Source of the DNA: a virus
Taxonomy: Duplodnaviria; Caudoviricetes
Reading direction: 5' to 3' (one strand)
Length of the DNA stretch: 64,000 nucleotides
IMG/VR virus record: IMGVR_UViG_3300028887_000067
Coordinates: 1 to 64,000 of that record
Shown: positions 8,344-18,600 of the stretch, piece by piece
Numbering within the stretch: position 1 is the first letter of the stretch
How the letters are laid out: the number at the start of each line of letters is the position of its first letter
The notes under the pieces: model-generated
Told to the model about the DNA's origin: nothing
Seen by the model: the letters and a program-made list of their open reading frames with translations, nothing else
Database searches by the model: none
Made by a program: the position numbers and the translations under genes

Positions 8344-8369
8344 GAAGCCCGCCAGGAGGCGGGCTTTTT
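8344..8369. terminator. Terminator hairpin between convergent genes
   Basis: AAGCCCGCC-AGGA-GGCGGGCTTTTT. Confidence 0.85.
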
Positions 8370-8384
8370 CGTCGTGCGTCCCGG

Positions 8385-9113
8385 TTAGCGGTCGGAGTCG
8401 ATGACGTTCGTCACCTTGGGCTGGAGTTCCGGGATGAAGTTGTAGACTTCCCAGTGGCCCGGGGAGAAGTGGCGCTTCGCCCAGTCGGCGGCCTGCGTAG
8501 GGTTGTCGAACGGGATGGACGGGTTCACCGGTTCCCAGTGACCCTTGGCGTAGGTTTCGTCCTTACCGGTGAACTCGTTCTTCCGGTGTCCGATAAACTC
8601 GCGCACCCAGCGCTGTCCGGACACCTTGCAGACGGCGCTAGGGAACATCTTCTTGACCTCGTCGAACGGTAGCCGGCGGAGCTCGTTGGCCTTCTCGTAG
8701 GCGAGCTGCGTGTTGTAGTCGTCCTGGGTCTGCAGGTTCTCCTCACGGTAGCGATTCTGGGTGTCGTTGATCAGGCCCTGGCGACGCTGGAAATCGTCGA
8801 GGCTCAGACGTTTGCGGTCGAACTCGGGGTGGGCGCTGTCGATTTCCTCGGCGGCGGACTTGACCGACTTGAACTCGGGCAGCTTGCGCTGTACCTGCTC
8901 CGGCTCCGGCTCGGGTTCCGGCTCTGGGGTGAACACCTTGCCGTCCTTGGATGTAAGCTTGATGCCGGGCTTCAGCTTGGCCAGCACATACGGGTCGATT
9001 GCCTCGCAATACAGGGAGAAACCGGCCTTCAGGTAGGGAACCGCCTCGGGACAACCGCACTTTGCGCAGGCGCTCTCGATGAACGTGTTGAATTGCTTCT
9101 GTTCTTCGGTCAT
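8385..9113 (-). CDS. Late protein with conserved N-terminal leader and PEPEPEP linker; putative internal head protein
   Basis: Leader FIESACAKCGCPEAVPYLKAGFSLYCEA is homologous to that of 43098..44099; ATAAACT at 9141-9147. Confidence 0.75.
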   Translation of the reverse strand: MTEEQKQFNTFIESACAKCGCPEAVPYLKAGFSLYCEAIDPYVLAKLKPGIKLTSKDGKVFTPEPEPEPEPEQVQRKLPEFKSVKSAAEEIDSAHPEFDRKRLSLDDFQRRQGLINDTQNRYREENLQTQDDYNTQLAYEKANELRRLPFDEVKKMFPSAVCKVSGQRWVREFIGHRKNEFTGKDETYAKGHWEPVNPSIPFDNPTQAADWAKRHFSPGHWEVYNFIPELQPKVTNVIDSDR

Positions 9114-9140
9114 TTCAAGAAACCATTGAGATTTCCTATC

Positions 9141-9147
9141 AGTTTAT
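9141..9147 (-). promoter_or_regulatory. Late promoter box ATAAACT
   Basis: Upstream of ATG 9113. Confidence 0.7.
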
Positions 9148-9247
9148 ACCTCAGAGCCAGATTTTTCCGGCCATACCGCAAGAAAAACTCTTATCGGCGA
9201 GCATCAATTTTAATATATTTTTGGCGGACACCAACAAAGAAGGCAAT

Positions 9248-9931
9248 ATGGCTTTTATCAAAACTCACTTCCGTATGCTGTACATGACAGCGTTCATCCT
9301 GTTCACAATCGCGTTCACAGTCGCCATGCCCGACGGCCACACCTCGATGTGGTTCGCCCTATTGACTGCCCTGCTGGGCAACGTGGCGACCGTCATGTTC
9401 GCACAGAAGAACATCTGGGCATACCTACCCAGTTTCGCGTTCAACTTCATGTACATGTACATCTGCTGGGAGAGCCGTCTATGGCTCGAGTTCGGCGAAT
9501 ACATCTTCTATAACGTGACGATGGTCTACGGCTTGTACAAGTGGTACAAGTGTCTCGAACCCGACAGGACCCACGTCGTCCCGAAAAGGCTTTCCCCCAA
9601 GGCATGGGTCATTTCGATTATCGCCACCATCGTCCTTACGGCGGGGTTCGGCACGTTCGACAAGTTCGTGCTTGACGGCGCTGTCCCGTATATGGACGCG
9701 TTCAGCATCAGCTTTACAGTAATCGCCCAGATTCTCATCATCACCTGCTACCGCGAACAGTGGTTCTTCTGGTTCGTGCTCGACGCGGTCTCCATCGTCA
9801 CCTTCGCGATGATCGGCGAATGGGCAATGGTGGCCATGTACGTCTGCTGGTTCCTCAACACGATCTACGGCTGGTACGAATGGTCCTATACCGAGAAGAA
9901 GGCCGTAGTCGCCGGTACTGCGGAGGCTTAG
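9248..9931 (+). CDS. pnuC: Nicotinamide riboside transporter PnuC
   Basis: Multi-TM protein with YGLYKW, PYMDAF, AQIL...REQWFFW...D and N.IYGWYEW PnuC motifs; adjacent to nadR. Confidence 0.9.
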   Translation: MAFIKTHFRMLYMTAFILFTIAFTVAMPDGHTSMWFALLTALLGNVATVMFAQKNIWAYLPSFAFNFMYMYICWESRLWLEFGEYIFYNVTMVYGLYKWYKCLEPDRTHVVPKRLSPKAWVISIIATIVLTAGFGTFDKFVLDGAVPYMDAFSISFTVIAQILIITCYREQWFFWFVLDAVSIVTFAMIGEWAMVAMYVCWFLNTIYGWYEWSYTEKKAVVAGTAEA

Positions 9932-11056
9932 ATGGGACCGATTGTTATAAAGGATTATGGCCTTGTGCTCGGCTCCTTCAGTCCGATGCACACCGGCCAT
10001 CTTGACCTAATCATGCTGGCCAAGAAGATGTGCCGCCGTGGCGCAATCATCGCCGTCTGCGGGCTCGACGGCGACCGCGGCACTAAGGTAGGCCTCCCCA
10101 TAGAGCGCAGGTACTCCATTATCAAGTCAATGTTCAAGAATGACCCCCTTGTCAAAGTCATCTACATGAAGGACAACGACATCGGCATCGCCGGCTACAA
10201 CGACAAGTGGGGGGAATGGCTGGAAGCGCTCAGCAAGGAAATGGTAGCCTGTGTTCATGGGGCGGACAAGGTATCGAAGAGCATGTGCAAGAAGATGCTC
10301 TGCCAGACGACCCTCTTTACCGGCGAACCAGCCTACAAGAAGGCCATCGACGAACTCAACCTCGGCATTAACGCATTTGTTCTGAGTCGCGACTTGAACA
10401 AGATTTCTGCAACCAGTATTCGCAAGCACCCGATGACGCACTGGAATGAAATCATTGGCCCCGCGTACAGGTCGGCATTTGCCAAACGTGTCCTGATTAT
10501 CGGGACCGCTTCCGAAAGAAAGTCTACGCTCACCATGGACCTCGCCCGTTATTTCGACGCCGACTACAGCGAGGAGTACGGCCACGAAGTCATCGCCGAG
10601 AAGACCAGCAAGTGCGCGAAACCCGACGACACGCAGCTTACCTACAATGATTTTATCAATTTTCTTGACGTGCAACTCGAGAAGAACTCCACCTGCGACA
10701 AGAAGTTGAAGATTTGCGACAGCGACGCAATGACGACACTCATGTACGCGAAGTACTATTCGACGGACGACAGGTATCTCATCACCGAGGCCGACTACGC
10801 GGAGCTTGAAAAGCACGCGTCTTTCCTGAAATACGACCTCATATTCGTGCTACCCCCTAAGAAGGACAGCTGGGTACAGGACGGGTGCAGGGATTGTCTC
10901 ACGAACAGCTTCGAGGACAGGCAGAAAATGTACCAGATATTGATGAAACTTATTGGCCAGCATTACTGCACTGAAGATATCGTGTACCTTAATGGTACTT
11001 ACCTCGACAATTTCATCCAGGCCCGAGACACACTCAAGCAGTTGCTGTCGGATTAA
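9932..11056 (+). CDS. nadR: NadR-like NMN adenylyltransferase / ribosylnicotinamide kinase (no HTH)
   Basis: GSFSPMHTGH (HxGH), ISATSIR, P-loop GTASERKST, EEYG, CDSDAMTT, WVQDGCR. Confidence 0.9.
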   Translation: MGPIVIKDYGLVLGSFSPMHTGHLDLIMLAKKMCRRGAIIAVCGLDGDRGTKVGLPIERRYSIIKSMFKNDPLVKVIYMKDNDIGIAGYNDKWGEWLEALSKEMVACVHGADKVSKSMCKKMLCQTTLFTGEPAYKKAIDELNLGINAFVLSRDLNKISATSIRKHPMTHWNEIIGPAYRSAFAKRVLIIGTASERKSTLTMDLARYFDADYSEEYGHEVIAEKTSKCAKPDDTQLTYNDFINFLDVQLEKNSTCDKKLKICDSDAMTTLMYAKYYSTDDRYLITEADYAELEKHASFLKYDLIFVLPPKKDSWVQDGCRDCLTNSFEDRQKMYQILMKLIGQHYCTEDIVYLNGTYLDNFIQARDTLKQLLSD

Positions 11057-11083
11057 ACAAATCTAATGTCGCGACCATCAGTC

Positions 11084-11284
11084 TCAACTCTTGCGTCGCC
11101 TACATTCACACATAACGTCGTTCAGGTTGCGCAGGGCACACTTGGCGCATACAACGGCAACGGCCAGTACGGCAATGAACTGCCATCCCGAAGTCATCCA
11201 TACGTCATAAGCGACCAGCAGGACGCAGCAAAGCGCCCAGCAAAATAGCGATATGGACATACATAGGACGGGAATCCAGATCAT
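11084..11284 (-). CDS. Small two-TM membrane protein
   Basis: Two hydrophobic stretches and a basic tail. Confidence 0.6.
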   Translation of the reverse strand: MIWIPVLCMSISLFCWALCCVLLVAYDVWMTSGWQFIAVLAVAVVCAKCALRNLNDVMCECRRRKS

Positions 11285-11291
11285 GGCATTC

Positions 11292-11522
11292 CTAATGGAA
11301 ATTGATTCCGCCTACACCGAGGCCGAACGAAAAATTGTGCTTACTCGGCGAATAGCCCCATCCATAGCGCAGGCCCCCTGTCTTCTTCGTCAAGGCGGTC
11401 GTCCCTGTGTCCTTCCTGTCCGTACAACAGCAAGACCCGCTGAACCCAAAGAACAGCAAGGACAGCACTATCATAATAATCGCACCGATGGTGATCCAGT
11501 TAGTAAAATTGTCAGAGTTCAC
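11292..11522 (-). CDS. Small membrane-anchored protein
   Basis: N-terminal TM helix; operon position. Confidence 0.6.
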   Translation of the reverse strand: MNSDNFTNWITIGAIIMIVLSLLFFGFSGSCCCTDRKDTGTTALTKKTGGLRYGWGYSPSKHNFSFGLGVGGINFH

Positions 11523-11904
11523 GATGCCCCCATGTTATGATGAAATAAAGTTTTCCTGGTTCGGCGCCCCAACTTGGGTTTCCCTCGCCCATCCGAATCA
11601 TCGGGTCGCTGAACACCATACGGCGACGCTTGTCGTCCTTACCCGGATAGCCTAGGGTAAACACCAGCTTGTCGAACCTTTTCGACGTTACCACAAGTTC
11701 GTCGTTCGCGCCGGCAACCTCGCCTTCATCAAACCCCGTGTCATAGTCCCGTTTCAGGTCGTTCTTCAACGGTTCAAACTTGATGAACCTGTCAATATAG
11801 AACGGCTTAGCCTCTCGGTATTCCTCGAGCTTCTCGCCCGATTTAATCATGTCGAACCACTTCCGCTTCAGCGGAAGGGTCAGTACCTTACTTGTCCCCG
11901 CCAT
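11512..11904 (-). CDS. ASCH (PUA-like) domain protein
   Basis: LTLPLKRKWFDMIKSGEKLEEYRE and FTLGY motifs. Confidence 0.85.
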   Translation of the reverse strand: MAGTSKVLTLPLKRKWFDMIKSGEKLEEYREAKPFYIDRFIKFEPLKNDLKRDYDTGFDEGEVAGANDELVVTSKRFDKLVFTLGYPGKDDKRRRMVFSDPMIRMGEGNPSWGAEPGKLYFIITWGHREL

Positions 11905-12388
11905 CCTCGGCCTCCTTATCCGCCACGATGTTCCATGAATCCAGCTTCACGAACTTGGAGGCAAGGTAGTGGGTCGGCGTCTCTTCGGGGATAGGAACCT
12001 TCAATCGCTCAACAATCAGGTCGGCGTTAGACTCGATGAACTTGTTGATCTTGTCCTCGATGTTCATACACATGGCGGCGTCGATGATGGAGTCGTCGGG
12101 CACGACGAACTTCACCGGCTTACCATCCTGGTCAATGATTTTGAACATTTCCGGATATGCGTTACGGACTTTCTTACGCCACATCTTGGCGACGACCTTC
12201 GGCGCGTCATACTTCGCGGTATCGCCTTCTGAAGCAGCCTTGGCGTATATGGCGGAGAACGGCTCCAGTTCCGGCGGCAACTCCACTTCGAAGGGATAGT
12301 CGTACTTCGAACGGGGGAGCATCGTCGGCATGTCGCGCTCCCTGTCCTTGAGCATGAACTGGATCGACAGGACAAGGTTCAGCTTCAT
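11888..12388 (-). CDS. Hypothetical protein (166 aa)
   Basis: Overlapping operon ORF. Confidence 0.75.
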   Translation of the reverse strand: MKLNLVLSIQFMLKDRERDMPTMLPRSKYDYPFEVELPPELEPFSAIYAKAASEGDTAKYDAPKVVAKMWRKKVRNAYPEMFKIIDQDGKPVKFVVPDDSIIDAAMCMNIEDKINKFIESNADLIVERLKVPIPEETPTHYLASKFVKLDSWNIVADKEAEDGGDK

Positions 12389-13197
12389 TTCTTCTTACCT
12401 TCGATCTTGATGATCGCCTCGGCAATGGCGACGAGCTGCTTCACGCTGAACGAGTCAAACGGGAACAGGCCATCGAACGACTTAATCATATATTCAATAC
12501 GCTCCTTGGATGCTGGGTGCGTATACTGGCCTCCACCGTTGCCGAAGCACAGGAGAGAAATCTCGGTGAGTATGGTCGCCACGGCACCCATAGTCACGTT
12601 GGTGCCCGTCTGGAGCACGGAACAGGCGAACAGGTCGGCCTGGCGCTCAATGTTCCGGTTGGTGGACATGATGGTGCCGTCGTAACCGCTGTCGTCGACG
12701 TGGCCGAGACAGACGTGACCGAGCTCGTGCGCGATAACGGAACGGACGATTTCGAGCGTGCAGGAACGCCACTGCTCGCAACGGGCCGTGGTAATGGTCT
12801 GAGCAATCTTTTCGGCGCCCTTGACCCCACAACCGTCGAGCATCTGCTCAACGATATCGTCTGGAAGATTTCCCTCGTAGCTGTTACGGAGGTATCGGGC
12901 GCACCACGTGAACATCTTCAACGTGTCTCCGAACTTCTGCCCGTTGAGCGCAAGCATCCAGATGAAGCCGAACACGGACTCCCACATCAGTATTCCCCTG
13001 AAGATCCTTATCATGTACAGGTCGCGGTTGCGACTAGCACACGCGTTAATCTCGTTGATACGTCTGTCGTAGACGAACTCGGTGTTATCGCCGCACTCGC
13101 GGTAACGCTTGTTAGACTGCACCACCTTGGACATCAGGCACATCCTGAAGATGGTATACAGGTCGTCTTGGTCTACAATCCTCTCTAATTTAAGCAT
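12385..13197 (-). CDS. M48-like zinc metallopeptidase
   Basis: IAHELGH (HExxH), ERQAD and THPASKERI. Confidence 0.85.
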   Translation of the reverse strand: MLKLERIVDQDDLYTIFRMCLMSKVVQSNKRYRECGDNTEFVYDRRINEINACASRNRDLYMIRIFRGILMWESVFGFIWMLALNGQKFGDTLKMFTWCARYLRNSYEGNLPDDIVEQMLDGCGVKGAEKIAQTITTARCEQWRSCTLEIVRSVIAHELGHVCLGHVDDSGYDGTIMSTNRNIERQADLFACSVLQTGTNVTMGAVATILTEISLLCFGNGGGQYTHPASKERIEYMIKSFDGLFPFDSFSVKQLVAIAEAIIKIEGKKK

Positions 13198-13450
13198 ATA
13201 TGGCCTCTATGTTGTTCTCGTTTAAAAACTTGAAAACGGCCTCCCTCAACCCCTTGATACCATTGTCACGGCGGTACTGGGACATAAACCGCTTCATCTC
13301 GGTAACCTTGGTCAGCTGGATCCACCTGGCCCACTCCTCGTCGGTCATCGACTTCCGCAAAGTGCGGTCCATGCCGAAGTCGCCTGGGGCAAAATCGGGC
13401 AGGACGACCGGTTGGTCTGAAAAATCGGCTAGTTTTGTTCTCTTTGGCAT
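13190..13450 (-). CDS. Hypothetical protein (86 aa)
   Basis: First gene of the operon; GCTATATTT box at 13471-13479. Confidence 0.7.
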   Translation of the reverse strand: MPKRTKLADFSDQPVVLPDFAPGDFGMDRTLRKSMTDEEWARWIQLTKVTEMKRFMSQYRRDNGIKGLREAVFKFLNENNIEAIYA

Positions 13451-13508
13451 AGCAAATCGTTGTTTTTCGGAAATATAGCTAAACGCGGTTGAAAAGGCAA
13501 CCTATGTT

Positions 13509-13515
13509 ATAAACT
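13509..13515 (+). promoter_or_regulatory. Late promoter box ATAAACT
   Basis: Upstream of ATG 13542. Confidence 0.7.
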
Positions 13516-13541
13516 GCGAAAAGAAGCCAAGAGGTTCCCGC

Positions 13542-13916
13542 ATGAACGCCGAATTTTACAATTGCCTCAACAAGTCCAAGACGCTCGAAAACGCGTCACA
13601 CGTCGAGAAGATCAAGGACATCTATCTGATGAGCGAGAAGGTCGCCCAGCTGGAAAGCGCAGGGAAAACCGACGACCGAGCCGAGGCGTTCTTCCCCAAC
13701 GGTTCCGTGCGTTGCACCCGGTTCTCCGACGGGATCTTCGTCGAGGCGTCCGCCACCGGCACCCGCAACATGTACGGGACGGTCGGCATCATCAGCTCCG
13801 GAAACCTCAAGGAGGCGCTGGCCGCCGGAAAGTCCGCGCTGGACAACGACGCCGTGATGGAAAGCATGTTCGGCCAGTTCACCCGCAACGCCGAAAAGAC
13901 CCCGGAGGCCGTGTAA
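13542..13916 (+). CDS. Late protein (124 aa); putative processed head protein
   Basis: GAGGT RBS, late box; QLES, FVEA and VMES motifs. Confidence 0.7.
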   Translation: MNAEFYNCLNKSKTLENASHVEKIKDIYLMSEKVAQLESAGKTDDRAEAFFPNGSVRCTRFSDGIFVEASATGTRNMYGTVGIISSGNLKEALAAGKSALDNDAVMESMFGQFTRNAEKTPEAV

Positions 13917-14518
13917 TGGAATACATCGAGGACATCAAGGACAGCTTCGACTCGGTGGACCCCACGCAGGCCCCAAGCGAACCCCCGAAACTCGACCCCG
14001 AACGCTACTCGGCGTTCGTGAAGAACCCTAGCGATATATCCGAGGACGTGCTGTACCAGCTGTCCGACATCATCACCGGCCATATGAACCTCCGGATGAA
14101 GAAGAACGAGACCGGCCTAGTGACCACTCCCAACGTGGTCGACAGGCTCCTGAACGCGGTGACCATCGTGTACATCGAGGAGGAAGGCGTGCCGGTCGGC
14201 GTCGCCTCCCTGACCGACCCCACGCAAAAGAACTACATGGGCTTCAAGCCGGTAGAACTATATTCCCTGCAGTCGGGAGTCAACCTCGAAGGCCGCGTGC
14301 TTCTTGACCTGTTCGCCATCCCCGACGAATACGCCGACAAGGGCATCGCCGAGGAAATACTGGCCCAGATCGACGCGCTGGACGTGAAGGTGTTCGCCGT
14401 GACCGACCTGGACGACGAGACCACGCCGATGCTGCTAGAACGATTCGAGTTCCAGCCGATGGCTAACATCGAGATCGACAGCAACGAAGTCCCGGTGACC
14501 CTGTGGCTCCGCAAATGA
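13916..14518 (+). CDS. Acidic GNAT-fold protein (200 aa, start MEYIED)
   Basis: TAATG coupling; EEGVPVGVASL...LFAIPDEYADKGIA...LLERFEF follows the GNAT pattern with a degenerate motif A. Confidence 0.6.
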   Translation: MEYIEDIKDSFDSVDPTQAPSEPPKLDPERYSAFVKNPSDISEDVLYQLSDIITGHMNLRMKKNETGLVTTPNVVDRLLNAVTIVYIEEEGVPVGVASLTDPTQKNYMGFKPVELYSLQSGVNLEGRVLLDLFAIPDEYADKGIAEEILAQIDALDVKVFAVTDLDDETTPMLLERFEFQPMANIEIDSNEVPVTLWLRK

Positions 14519-14533
14519 TATAATTTCCCCTGT

Positions 14534-14773
14534 ATGCTAAGGATTATCGAAACAAAGAAACTTGACGAGCCCTACGTCAACATAATCGAGCTCGTCTATA
14601 TGTTCCTCGTCGTCGAATGGCACGTGGCGCTATCCGCGATCGGCCTGTATGACCTGGAAAACCGCAAATGGCGGATACGTCGCCTCTTTTGGTATTCCGT
14701 AATAGGAATGCCGAGCATCGCTGTGCTCGGCATATTCATCGCGGCGGCGGTCAAGTACCTGTTCGGACTATGA
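14534..14773 (+). CDS. Small membrane protein (79 aa)
   Basis: Two hydrophobic segments; TATAATTT upstream. Confidence 0.55.
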   Translation: MLRIIETKKLDEPYVNIIELVYMFLVVEWHVALSAIGLYDLENRKWRIRRLFWYSVIGMPSIAVLGIFIAAAVKYLFGL

Positions 14774-15676
14774 CAGCTTTACCAGCGAGAAGCTGGTCGC
14801 CTTGGCATACACCGCCCGCTCAGCGTCACCCCGCAGGAAGAACATCACGTAATTGTAGTCAAATGGATTAGGCGACCTTTCCATATGGGTTTCCTGCCGG
14901 TACAAAAAGTCGAAGTGAAGATGCGTCCACGACGCAGAAGAACCGGACCCCGCATCAGGGCCGGCCATACTCATTTCCCGAGTGGCAGACCCCATTGTCT
15001 TTTTCAGCATAGCTTTCTGCTCATAACTATTGGAACCATTTAATACATACTCAGTAACCGCTGTCCATCCCTGAGAATTTCCTTCACTAGCTGGGCGATG
15101 ATATTCACACGACAGAGTAAGATCTATAATTTTCGATGAGCAGGCTTTAGGCGCCACGTCGAACTCTGCCGAAACATGGTAGACACCAGCCGCCTCGCGG
15201 AGATAAATCAGCACTGGTGGGTCGTTTGGATCTGAACCATGGTCCGAACCAGTCTTCGCCTCATAGAAAAACGGGGCCGGGTCTTCAATCGTGGATATCG
15301 TGCCAACATTGAATTTTTGTGCATTAGTAACTTCTATGGCAGATATATCAACACACGACCCAACTAAAAAATCGGTTCCTTTTTCCCAGTTGGAAATCAC
15401 ACCGTTGGGAGACCTCATCGCTATACGGCTCATAGGTATTCCATACGAACCTTTATCAACATCAGCTGGATCCGTAGCGGTCTTGTCAAAGCAATAATCA
15501 ACCGGCATCACCCAGTTTTCAGGCTTATTGAACTTGTCGGCTTCCCCCGATTGAGTGCCCGTCTTCTCGAGTTTGTCAATAACGCCAGGTATAGGACTAC
15601 CCGATCTAGCGCTCTCGCTTTCCATGTTGCTGAGCTCGTAAACCCGCTTCGGAATCATATTGTTATTGCTGGCCAT
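14768..15676 (-). CDS. Putative virion structural protein (302 aa)
   Basis: AGGAGG RBS; follows a giant structural gene; AT-richer than its flanks. Confidence 0.6.
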   Translation of the reverse strand: MASNNNMIPKRVYELSNMESESARSGSPIPGVIDKLEKTGTQSGEADKFNKPENWVMPVDYCFDKTATDPADVDKGSYGIPMSRIAMRSPNGVISNWEKGTDFLVGSCVDISAIEVTNAQKFNVGTISTIEDPAPFFYEAKTGSDHGSDPNDPPVLIYLREAAGVYHVSAEFDVAPKACSSKIIDLTLSCEYHRPASEGNSQGWTAVTEYVLNGSNSYEQKAMLKKTMGSATREMSMAGPDAGSGSSASWTHLHFDFLYRQETHMERSPNPFDYNYVMFFLRGDAERAVYAKATSFSLVKLS

Positions 15677-15691
15677 GTCGCCTCCTACAAA

Positions 15692-18600
15692 TTAGTTTGA
15701 CCCATACCCGAACACAAACTGGTTACCGGATATCGGACCGACTTGATCCCGGTCTTCAGGGACTCCCCGATACAGGATGTAGTTTATTGTCTCAACCGAG
15801 GATGGGATGATGTACTCCGGGTGAGCCTTCTTCGGGAAATCGAACATCGAATACAACGTCGGGTCGGACTCGTCACCGCCGGAACGATACGAATCGTTTT
15901 CATCATAATGATCAATGTCGATATACTTCGGTATATCGGTTCCTTCCAATATGCTGGTCGCCGGACGGATGAACTGCCTTACCGACCAGAAGTTGGCCTG
16001 TACGCCGCCGTCGGTAGCATCCTTGTGCCCGCCAAGACAATCAGCAGGCGGGTAGAGGCCGATGCCTCCATCGCTGTACTCCTTCCAGGGGCGGGCGTAC
16101 AGACGTGACATTTCCGGCCTGGCGCCTCCGGTGTCACGCTCGAGCACGAGCGACGAGTCGAGCTTTCCGTTAGCGTCATAAGGCCAGGTCTCGAACATGT
16201 AGGGCACGCATCCCAAAGTGATGTCCATCGGGGGATACGAACTGTACGGAGCGTACATCACCGCCCTATAGTTGTCGAGTCCCGTACAGGCCGAGTTGCG
16301 CCACAGGTAGCGCGTTGCCGTCGTCTCGCCGGAACCCAGCCTATTCTCGACGACACACATCTTGCCGTCCTCGTCGTAGATGGACGGGGCCCTGGCGGTA
16401 AGCGCGTCGTTGCCGTACAGCGGCGAGAGGTAGTTGCAAGGGTACTGGCGATATTCCGTCGTGTACCAGCGTCCTGCACGCTGGGAGAAGGTGAACTGCA
16501 TCCTGACCCTAGTGTAGGTCTTTCCGGCGCAAAGGTCAACTTCGTTCGGAGTCTCGTACGGGGCGCAAGTGGCAGCTATCGAAACACCCGGAATGTCAAC
16601 GTAGTCGACGTTCGGGTCTGCCGTCACATTTTCCGTCTTAACGAAAAGGTCGTCGATATAGTGGGTGAGGAAGTTCTCGTCAACCTCGCCGCAGGCACCC
16701 TGTACCCTCGTTATGTTCTTCTTGTAGATAGGATCGGTATCGGCGGGAAGCTCGCCATTGGCAAGGGCAATTCTCCGTCCCTTGTAGAACCGAATAGGCA
16801 TGTCGGCACCACGTGCGGGCACGTACTTTGCCACGAAATCGGCAAGCGCTTTCGACGAGCTGTACGGCATACGGGACGAGACCATATCAAGCCCCATCGA
16901 GTAAAACTGTACGGCGTCGAACGCCAAGAATTGTTTCTGTGCGCCGGTCAAAGTCAATTCACCGACATCGGGAATCGGGAACCCGTCCCTATACTCGATC
17001 TTCGTGAACGGAGAGAAACATTCATCCGGCATATTGCCGATGTCGGTATAACCAGTCAGGTCAACCTTCAGGGACACGTCGGCATAACGGCGCAGGTCGC
17101 CGAGTAGCTGTTTCTGCTCGAGCGAGCGGATGTGTCCCTTGGCAATAAGCGACTTCACGACACTATTGTCGGAGAATACCATACCGGCGGCCGGATTACC
17201 GATCAAGTCGCAGTCATTCTCGGACACCGCAGCTGACGAGGCGAGCCTGTCGCCATAGTTCAGGTACGGTGCGGTCTCCGCATAGGCGTAGAATCCGTCG
17301 TTGTAACGGAAAAGGTTGGAATCGGCCCCGTCGGTCGGTTTCAGCAAGTCGCCGGGGGCGTATCGGTCGGCATACACGACGTACTCGGGAAGCGACCTCA
17401 AGGTAGACCGCATAATGTCGGCCTCGATGGAATCATTGCCGATAGTGTGATTAGGGGCCCAGACTCCCGAATCGCCGATAATCGTGGCGCCGCCACTCGG
17501 CCAAGACGAGCGAGTCTCGACGGAATACGCCGTCGGCGTATAGTCGGCACCCGACAGTACCGCCCGCATCCTGTACAGGTCGCTAGTGAAGTTTCGAACA
17601 GCTTCGCAGGCCTGACGGACGGGGTTTCCGTAGGGAGCCGTGACCGGGGCGTCGAACAGGCTTTCCGGCAAGGACACCTGCAGGATGGACGCTAGATTGT
17701 TCCACGACACCGTCTTTGCATAGCTCACCGGAGACACGTCCGGAGTGGTGAGCAGGTCGCCTTCGTCTCTCGCGATGCCATCGAACAAGACGTTCGTGAC
17801 CATCGCCTTGTCAGAATTATACACTTTCTGCAGAATGTCAGATGAACGGGTAAAGTCGGTTGCCACCCTGTCGAGGCGCTGGATTTTCTTGCGCCCGTTC
17901 ATACGCCAAGGGAAGGTACCAGTGGCGGTCTGGTACACCGTGGCGAGTAGGTAGCGCCGGTCGACATGCGGGAACGCCGTGTGGCCTTCCTTCTCGTCGA
18001 TCGAGAAAAACTTGTTGTATTGGTCAAAGGCGTTTGGCGTCCCACTACCTGTTACCTCACCGAGCAATTTGTCATCACGGACAAGGCCCATGCGCTCGTC
18101 ACTCGGGTTGTCTTCGGCGTCGGCAAGATAGGCGATACCGCAAACGTACATGGAAACGCCTTCGCGGTAGTATTGCCTGTCAACGGGCAGCTTGCCCGTA
18201 CATTGGATAGTCATGTCCGTGCCGTCATAGCTGATATCTCCGAACGCGGTAATGCTCGGTAATGACTTTCCATCCAGGGAAACCGCTATGTTGGCCCTGA
18301 CCTGGGTACCGTCGGGCAACGCCTCGCCGGCAACATCAAGCGCCGGCTTCGAAAGAACTACGTCATACCGAAGGTCGGTTCCGTAGCTGGACATTTTCTC
18401 GACCGTACACGGAATCTTCCTGTTACTGAACTGCTGGCGACCGCCGAGAACATATACCCTCGGTTGCGACATCGCCGCATAGTAGGCGCTCAAGTCGGCA
18501 TTGTCCGCCGAAGAGCTGGCAGCTTCTTCCGGTATATTCTGTATCGATACGGTTATTTCGTAAGTCTCGCCGTCCTCGGTATCTATCGGGGCCGGCAGGT

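Noticed and set aside
13562-13915. N-terminal extension of the GNAT-like ORF
   Set aside because: Overlaps the real 13542..13916 gene out of frame; TAATG coupling gives the start at 13916
15689-15696. ACTAATTT box before 14768..15676
   Set aside because: Coincides with the upstream stop codon and abuts the RBS, so probably incidental
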